64,000 bases of DNA from an uncultured delta proteobacterium (GTDB lineage Bacteria; Myxococcota; Myxococcia; Myxococcales; Myxococcaceae), in NCBI GenBank assembly GCA_963713045.1, contig CAVQKE010000004.1:1088001-1152000 (forward strand), given 5' to 3'. A program made the translations under genes and the position numbers. This document shows positions 58,657 through 64,000 of this stretch, one piece after another (the first letter of the stretch is position 1; each line of letters starts with the position of its first letter). Under the pieces are notes generated by a model. The model ran no database searches. It worked only from the letters and a program-made list of their open reading frames with translations, and was not told the origin of the DNA.

Positions 58657-60387
58657 TCACGGCGTGGACCGAGCGACGTAGCGCTGGCCGCACAGCGGCC
58701 CCGACCTAAACTCCGAACCGGCGACACGAAATCCCTCCGGCTCGCTTAAGGCCTCGCAGCCTTCGGTGAGCAACAAGGCCTCGCGCCACTGCGCTCGGGG
58801 GCGAGTCGCACGGACGTCGACGTCGGCTCCGCGCTCTCGCGCCAGGAATGTCACCCACATGGCGCAAGTCTGTCGGTGGACGAGCGACGTTTCATTCAGG
58901 AGAACGCCGTTGGTGAACGGCAGCGCTTCGGCGACGGCGCGGCAAGCGTCGCCCGTTTCGGCGTCAAGAAAGCCCTCTGACAGAGTCTTCGACAGAGGAG
59001 GATTTAGCCAGGACGGTCCGGCCAGAGCAATGAGGGCCGCCGTGGTGCTCAGCGCGAGCAGACTCCGAAAACCAACGTGGCGAATCGCCGGAATCCATGC
59101 CGCGGCGGCCAGCGCGGCAACCGGAACAAGGTTGAGTAGAAAGCGCTGCTGATAGTTGCGTCGGCTAAGGACTAAGAGTGCAACCAATTCAAGCGCGCAC
59201 AAGATTCCAAGGGGTAACATCTGTCGCCGGACAGCACTCGTGCGCCAGGCCGCTATGACGGTCGCCGCGAGGAGCAGTGCAACCACCCAGCGTACGCTCC
59301 CCGGAGACCAGACCTCCCACGCTGCCTGAGGATAGAAAAGGAGCCGACCAACGAGGCCAACTGGGGGCGGAACCATGTCATAGGCGCTGATGCGCTGAAG
59401 CGTGCGCAGTCGCCAGGTAAACGGGATTAGGAGCCACGCCACCATCGGCGTAAGAAGCCACGTCCAAAGGAACCTGACGCCGGCATCGACGTGCTGTGAG
59501 AGCTGAAATCGGTCGCGCCAGAACGAAAGCTGGAGATAGCCGAAGAGGACGAGCGAACCCAAGGCGAAAGGTCCGTCGGCGCTTCGTACGCTAAGCCTGC
59601 GACCCAGCAGCATCACTTCGCCGCCGCCGCTGACCCTTACCCACGCGCACGTCGCACCGAGCGCGGCCGCCGTTACCAAGAGCGTTGCACCCGACCGACT
59701 CTTCGCCCCTCTGCCGAGCGCGGCAATCACCGCGCGGGCGCATTTGGGCAGGTTGCCCCACCCCACCTCCGTCAACAGGACGGCCGCGGCAAATATCAGC
59801 CCATGCTGCCACCGCACGTGGAACAGAAGATTCCCCAGAAGAGCGACCGCCCAAGGCCTGGCAGTCGGACGGTCGCGCGCCGCAAGCCATGCCGTCGCGG
59901 CGGCGAGCGTCAACAGGGCCGAAGGCACCTCGAGCATGCCGTTCGCTGAATGGACGAAAAGGGCGCGCGCACTCATCAGCACCGCGGCTGAAACCCCCAG
60001 GACAAGTAAGGCCTCGGTTGGGGATCGCGCAAGTTGTCGGGCCGCAAATCCGAGCGCCACAAAAAGCAGCGCCGTCAGAGCGATGGACAGGCCGTTCTCA
60101 ACAGAAAGCGCGCGTCCCGGGCCCGCCAGGGCATGCAGCGGCGCAGCCACGGCGAGGCGCAGCGTCGGCCAAGTCTCCGGCCCAGCCACCGCGACGAAAA
60201 AGTCCCAGGGATGGTGCGTTCGGAGGGCGTCGGCCGCACCGACGTCGAGCATGGCGCGGCGAGCTGAGTCCCAGTTGAGGGCGTGTCGATTCGGGACCTG
60301 TTGCAAGGCCGATGTGAGACGCAGCCAGGCGGCAAGTCCCAGAACAGAGCCGGCGATAACCGGCGCAAGGTTTCGAAAAGCCCGCAT
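58657..60387 (-). CDS. Polytopic membrane protein, GT-C (ArnT/PMT-like) glycosyltransferase
   Basis: LNWDSA, TWPTL, MLEVP, QQRFLL motifs among many TMs. Confidence 0.6.
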   Translation of the reverse strand: MRAFRNLAPVIAGSVLGLAAWLRLTSALQQVPNRHALNWDSARRAMLDVGAADALRTHHPWDFFVAVAGPETWPTLRLAVAAPLHALAGPGRALSVENGLSIALTALLFVALGFAARQLARSPTEALLVLGVSAAVLMSARALFVHSANGMLEVPSALLTLAAATAWLAARDRPTARPWAVALLGNLLFHVRWQHGLIFAAAVLLTEVGWGNLPKCARAVIAALGRGAKSRSGATLLVTAAALGATCAWVRVSGGGEVMLLGRRLSVRSADGPFALGSLVLFGYLQLSFWRDRFQLSQHVDAGVRFLWTWLLTPMVAWLLIPFTWRLRTLQRISAYDMVPPPVGLVGRLLFYPQAAWEVWSPGSVRWVVALLLAATVIAAWRTSAVRRQMLPLGILCALELVALLVLSRRNYQQRFLLNLVPVAALAAAAWIPAIRHVGFRSLLALSTTAALIALAGPSWLNPPLSKTLSEGFLDAETGDACRAVAEALPFTNGVLLNETSLVHRQTCAMWVTFLARERGADVDVRATRPRAQWREALLLTEGCEALSEPEGFRVAGSEFRSGPLCGQRYVARSTP

Positions 60388-60637
60388 TCCCCGATTGCTC
60401 TCCTTCGGCGCCACGCGATGTGGCGACCCTTTGCTGCTGCGCTCCTAACGTTCCGGGGGGCCTCGCCACAAGACTACGGTGCGCCAGATGGGGCACACGG
60501 CCCGCGCATGGGCATCGTCCTCGAACTTCGAAGTTTGCGGTTGAAGCAGCTTCAGCAAGCACCGCGAGCGGCGAGCGACAACGGAGGTATCGCTCCAGGC
60601 GACCTCACGCGCCCATGCCTCGAGACCGTGGGAGAGT

Positions 60638-60889
60638 TCAGCCGCTGCAGTTGCTCGCGTAGTTGACGCTGGTGCAGGCGCTCTGGGGAGACGTAGTGGG
60701 ATCAACAATGCAGCCGTAGGCGCTTGGATCGCTCTGACCGCAGCACGCCTCAAAGGCGGCCTGACTGGGGCAAGTCCAAGCGGCTTGTGACTGATTGACT
60801 TGAACGCAGCACACGCCAGTCGACGAATTGCTGCACCCGGCATTGAGTGCCGCCACTGCAACAACAAGCACGCCGGCGAAACGCTTCAT
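60638..60889 (-). CDS. Small Cys-rich lipoprotein
   Basis: MKRFAGVLVVAVAALNAGC; 8 further Cys; GAAGGAGG RBS. Confidence 0.78.
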   Translation of the reverse strand: MKRFAGVLVVAVAALNAGCSNSSTGVCCVQVNQSQAAWTCPSQAAFEACCGQSDPSAYGCIVDPTTSPQSACTSVNYASNCSG

Positions 60890-61220
60890 GGCCCACCCTC
60901 CTTCTTCAAGCTTAGCAACTCGCCTCGAACGGCCAACGACGAATTCGGCGCAGCTCCGCAGAAACACCGCCTGCAGCCCGGCGAGCAGCGCGGGCGCCAC
61001 GCTGAAAACTCGCCTCGTGAATGTCCGGAGGTCAACAGCTTCTCTCAGTGACGTCGGCATCCAAGGGCGATCCGCTGTGCCTGAGCTGCATTGGGGGGAG
61101 GAACTGGCGGCGCGTCGTCCCTCGACACCCGTCTTCCCGGACCGCGGAAGAGGCGCCGTCATATGGCAGCTGGCCTCGTGCGACCAAAGCCTAACGGCAA
61201 AGCCGCCATAGGAGGATGCC

Positions 61221-62160
61221 ATGTGGAGACGCTCGACGTTGTTGATGGCTGTGGTTGTCGGGTGTGGTTCGGCCAGCGGGCCCACAGACGCGTGGACGGA
61301 GGCGTTGCCCTCGCGTCAGACGCTGGCCGTCACCGCCCCGTCCGCTGATGCAGGGGCCGCAGCTTCCGGAGGAGCCCCGGACATCCTTGGGCAAACTGCC
61401 GGACTGGCCCTCCTCACATGGCGGACGACGGTGCAAATGAACGACCTGGTGGGCGGCGTCCTGGACACGTTGTCCTCCGTGACACGGAACCAGCCGGCCG
61501 CGGTTGGAACGAATAGCGCCGTGTGGGGGCCCATTCCCGACGAGGTGGGTCCTCTCGTGTGGCGCCTGGTCGTCAACCAGGTAGGCCCTGGCGAGCACAC
61601 CTTTGAGCTTCAAGTGCGTGCCAACACCGGGGACATGGACTTCGTCCCCTTTCTTCAGGGCGCCTCTGGGGGAGCGAGTCCCACCGGGCCGAGCGAAGGC
61701 ACCTTCGCCGTCGACCTCGCCGTGGCTCACCAGCTCGAATCCGGTCGGACACCCGGATGACGGCCAGGTCGCGGCCAGTTGGCACGCAGCTGAGCAACAG
61801 CGTCAAGTGCATGTGCAACTGGCCGGTGTCCATGACGCCTCCCAGCCAGCGGCGAGTGGAGCGTTCGACGCGCTGGTATTCGCCGACGGGTCAGGCGCCC
61901 TCAACTTTGAGGCGAACGCCAACCTCGTGGGAAGTGCACAGACGCTCGAAGTGGGCCGGGTGGCTTCGCAGTGGAATGACGTCGGTGCGGGGCGAGCCGA
62001 TGCGGAGGTCCATGGCGGCGCTGCCAGTGCAGCGGGAGTGCTGTCCGAGTGTTGGATTGAAGGCGGCACGCTCGTTTACTTGAGAGGGTTGGGAGCAGAT
62101 GGAGGAAGCGCCACGGCGGGCGACGCCTCGGCCTGCATTTTCGCCCCACCCGTAGGCTAG
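61221..62160 (+). CDS. Lipoprotein, frameshifted at about 61738
   Basis: AGGAGG RBS, VVGC lipobox, VWGP; continues in ORF 61603 (SQW..GAGRADA..ECW). Confidence 0.75.
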
Positions 62161-62181
62161 GGTCTTTCATGAGCCCAACCC

Positions 62182-62697
62182 GTGGTGCCAACGGAACTCG
62201 AGCAGCACGTTGCGCAGCTCCACCCGGCAAGTTTCGCCTGGGCGTTGGCGTGCACACGCTGGAATCCGGCCGAAGCCGAGGAAGTTCTCCAGTCAGCCTA
62301 TCTCCGCGTACTCGAGGGTCGCGCACGGTTCGCCGGCCGCTCGTCATTCAGGACGTGGCTCTTCTCCGTTGTCCGCAACGTGGCGATGGACCGACGAAGA
62401 CGCCAGTGGCTGGAAGAGCTCTCACCCTGGAAAACGCCCAACCGCGCGAGGCCAGACTCGGCTCTCACGGGGCCACACGAAGCGCTCGAATCCGCTCAGC
62501 GTGGCGCGCAGGTTCGGCGCGCGCTCTCTACGCTTGGCTCTCGTCAGCGCGAGGTGCTGGAGCTGGTGTTTTTCCACGAAATGACTGTCGAAGAGGCAGC
62601 GACGGTGATGGGAGTTGCACTCGGCACGGCGCGCGCCCATTACCACCGTGGCAAGCTTCATTTGATGGCGCTCCTTGACTCGGAGGACCTGCGATGA
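62182..62697 (+). CDS. ECF RNA polymerase sigma factor
   Basis: AEEVLQ, FRTWLFSVVRN, EEAATVMGVALGTAR. Confidence 0.92.
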   Translation: MVPTELEQHVAQLHPASFAWALACTRWNPAEAEEVLQSAYLRVLEGRARFAGRSSFRTWLFSVVRNVAMDRRRRQWLEELSPWKTPNRARPDSALTGPHEALESAQRGAQVRRALSTLGSRQREVLELVFFHEMTVEEAATVMGVALGTARAHYHRGKLHLMALLDSEDLR

Positions 62698-63068
62698 ATC
62701 CCGATGAGGGCGACCAGCGCATCCGCGCCGCGCTCGCCGAGGCCCACCGGAGCGACGGCGCACGAATGCCGTCCTTTAAGCAGATGTGGACGGCGGCGAA
62801 GCAGACTGCACGGAGTCGTTCCTCCGCACGCGTGTGGCTGCTGACCTCCGCAAGTTTGACCGCAGCGATTGGTCTCGCAGCCTGGCTGATTGCCCAGTTG
62901 GGACCTCCCGCTGCGGAGTTTCCTCGCGGTACCCATTGGACTGGTCCCACCGACTTTCTCCTTCGAACGCCGGGGCTGGTGACACTGCGGACTGTCCCCG
63001 AGTTTGGTTCCACGTCATCCAGTCCGCTGCTTCATCCGCCGGTGGATGCCCGACGAGGTACTCCGTGA
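62694..63068 (+). CDS. Probable single-TM anti-sigma factor
   Basis: ATGA overlap with the ECF; one TM; W.GPTDFLL.TPG. Confidence 0.7.
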   Translation: MNPDEGDQRIRAALAEAHRSDGARMPSFKQMWTAAKQTARSRSSARVWLLTSASLTAAIGLAAWLIAQLGPPAAEFPRGTHWTGPTDFLLRTPGLVTLRTVPEFGSTSSSPLLHPPVDARRGTP

Positions 63069-63505
63069 CTTTTCCCATTTTCCGAGCCCTTCTCTTCGGC
63101 GCCCTCCTCAGCGTCCCGGCCACCACCTTTGCTGACGAGGCTCCAAAGCCGACGGCGGCCAATCCCATTGGTGGGAAGCTCATCCCTCCCGACCTCATCA
63201 TCAACCACCAGAGCGAGCTGCGCATCGATGAGCGTCAGCGTGATGCCATCCTGAAGGAGATGGAGCGCGCACAGGCGCAATTCCCGCGGCTCCAATGGCA
63301 GCTTCAAGCCGCGACGGAGCAGCTTTCTCAGCTCCTCGACGCAGCCCAGGTGGACGAGGCCAAGGCTCTAGCGCAAGCGTCGGAGGTGATGAAGCTTGAG
63401 ACGGAAATCAAGAAGACGCACCTGGCGCTTCTCATCCGCATCCGAAACGTGCTCACTGACGCCCAGCGGACCAAGGCGCTAGAAATCCGCCGGGCCCTTC
63501 CTTAG
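63065..63505 (+). CDS. Spy/CpxP/periplasmic heavy-metal-sensor-like protein
   Basis: Signal peptide; L...Q and LTDAQR (LTxxQ) motifs. Confidence 0.8.
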   Translation: MTFPIFRALLFGALLSVPATTFADEAPKPTAANPIGGKLIPPDLIINHQSELRIDERQRDAILKEMERAQAQFPRLQWQLQAATEQLSQLLDAAQVDEAKALAQASEVMKLETEIKKTHLALLIRIRNVLTDAQRTKALEIRRALP

Positions 63506-63550
63506 CCCAACGCGTGTCAAACGCGCCGCACTTTCTCCACGCGGAGTGAC

Positions 63551-63844
63551 CTAGGGAAGCGACGCAACAAGCTTCCGGAATTCCCCTTCATCAAAGACGC
63601 GCGTCGTCTCGGTGCGGACATTTCCCAGCATCGCAATCGACACCGAGACCTTCGTGGCCGTCTCGTCGTTGGGCGCTTCGCTGATGAGCACCGCGTCGTA
63701 TTTCCCCATAGCGAGATAGAAGCCTTTCACCTCTCCGCCTGCTGCCTTGAGCGCCTTCTTCACCGCCTCGAGACGCGCAGGCGCTTCTTTAATGTTGCGG
63801 ATTCCCTGCTCCGTATAGCGAACCAGCGTCACGTACGTAGCCAT
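63551..63844 (-). CDS. GYD domain protein
   Basis: MATYVTLVRYTEQG, MGKYD, GNVRTET. Confidence 0.9.
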   Translation of the reverse strand: MATYVTLVRYTEQGIRNIKEAPARLEAVKKALKAAGGEVKGFYLAMGKYDAVLISEAPNDETATKVSVSIAMLGNVRTETTRVFDEGEFRKLVASLP

Positions 63845-64000
63845 CGGTTTGAACCTCTTCTTTTCCCCCAACGTCGCTCTCGGTAATTGAGCGGAGTGGG
63901 AAGACAAGCTACGCGCCTTGCGGCCAGCTCTGCAACCCAAAGCCATCGAGTTTGGTGCTTGCGGCTCGCGTCTCGAGCGCCGATGGTGCACGTTCTGCCG

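Noticed and set aside
26929..61740. Programmed frameshifting or phase variation as the cause of the three frameshifts
   Set aside because: No slippery heptamers or long simple repeats, and the genes are unrelated; sequencing indels are simpler
53407..63505. Copper-resistance island (cupredoxin, Spy/CpxP, ECF)
   Set aside because: The genes are 9 kb apart and no Cu-ATPase, multicopper oxidase or Cus system is present
1..64000. CRISPR array, tRNA/rRNA, integrase, transposase, att repeats
   Set aside because: None recognised by eye on either strand

Overview
High-GC bacterial chromosome segment, most likely from a myxobacterium (Myxococcota; inferred from the gene families present). 1-8.3 kb is housekeeping backbone: lptG/lptF, purD, a zinc-ribbon/TPR protein, purH and two regulators. 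The rest is accessory DNA rich in secreted lipoproteins. It holds a dispersed conjugation-type system: a MOBC/Replic_Relax-like relaxase plus a VirD4-type coupling protein (20.9-23.9 kb), and 16 kb away a VirB2-B3-B4-B5-B6-B8-B9-B10 operon (39.9-49.0 kb). In that operon the VirB9 slot is a myxobacterial DUF2381-like protein and VirB10 is fused to an apparently intact N-terminal Hanks-type Ser/Thr kinase. This kinase-gated T4SS is the most novel-looking system. The relaxase promoter and a promoter at 37.6 kb share a 25-bp operator-like motif. No integrase, tRNA, VirB11 or VirB7 is visible. Between the two modules is a candidate N-acyl-aminocyclitol biosynthetic cluster (GH3 ligase, inositol-3-P synthase, DegT aminotransferase, flippase-like protein, inositol monophosphatase, MMPL, plus GMC oxidase and ALDH). 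Three genes carry single-base frameshifts in short homopolymers, which may be assembly errors. All family calls come from motif recognition by eye; no searches were run.
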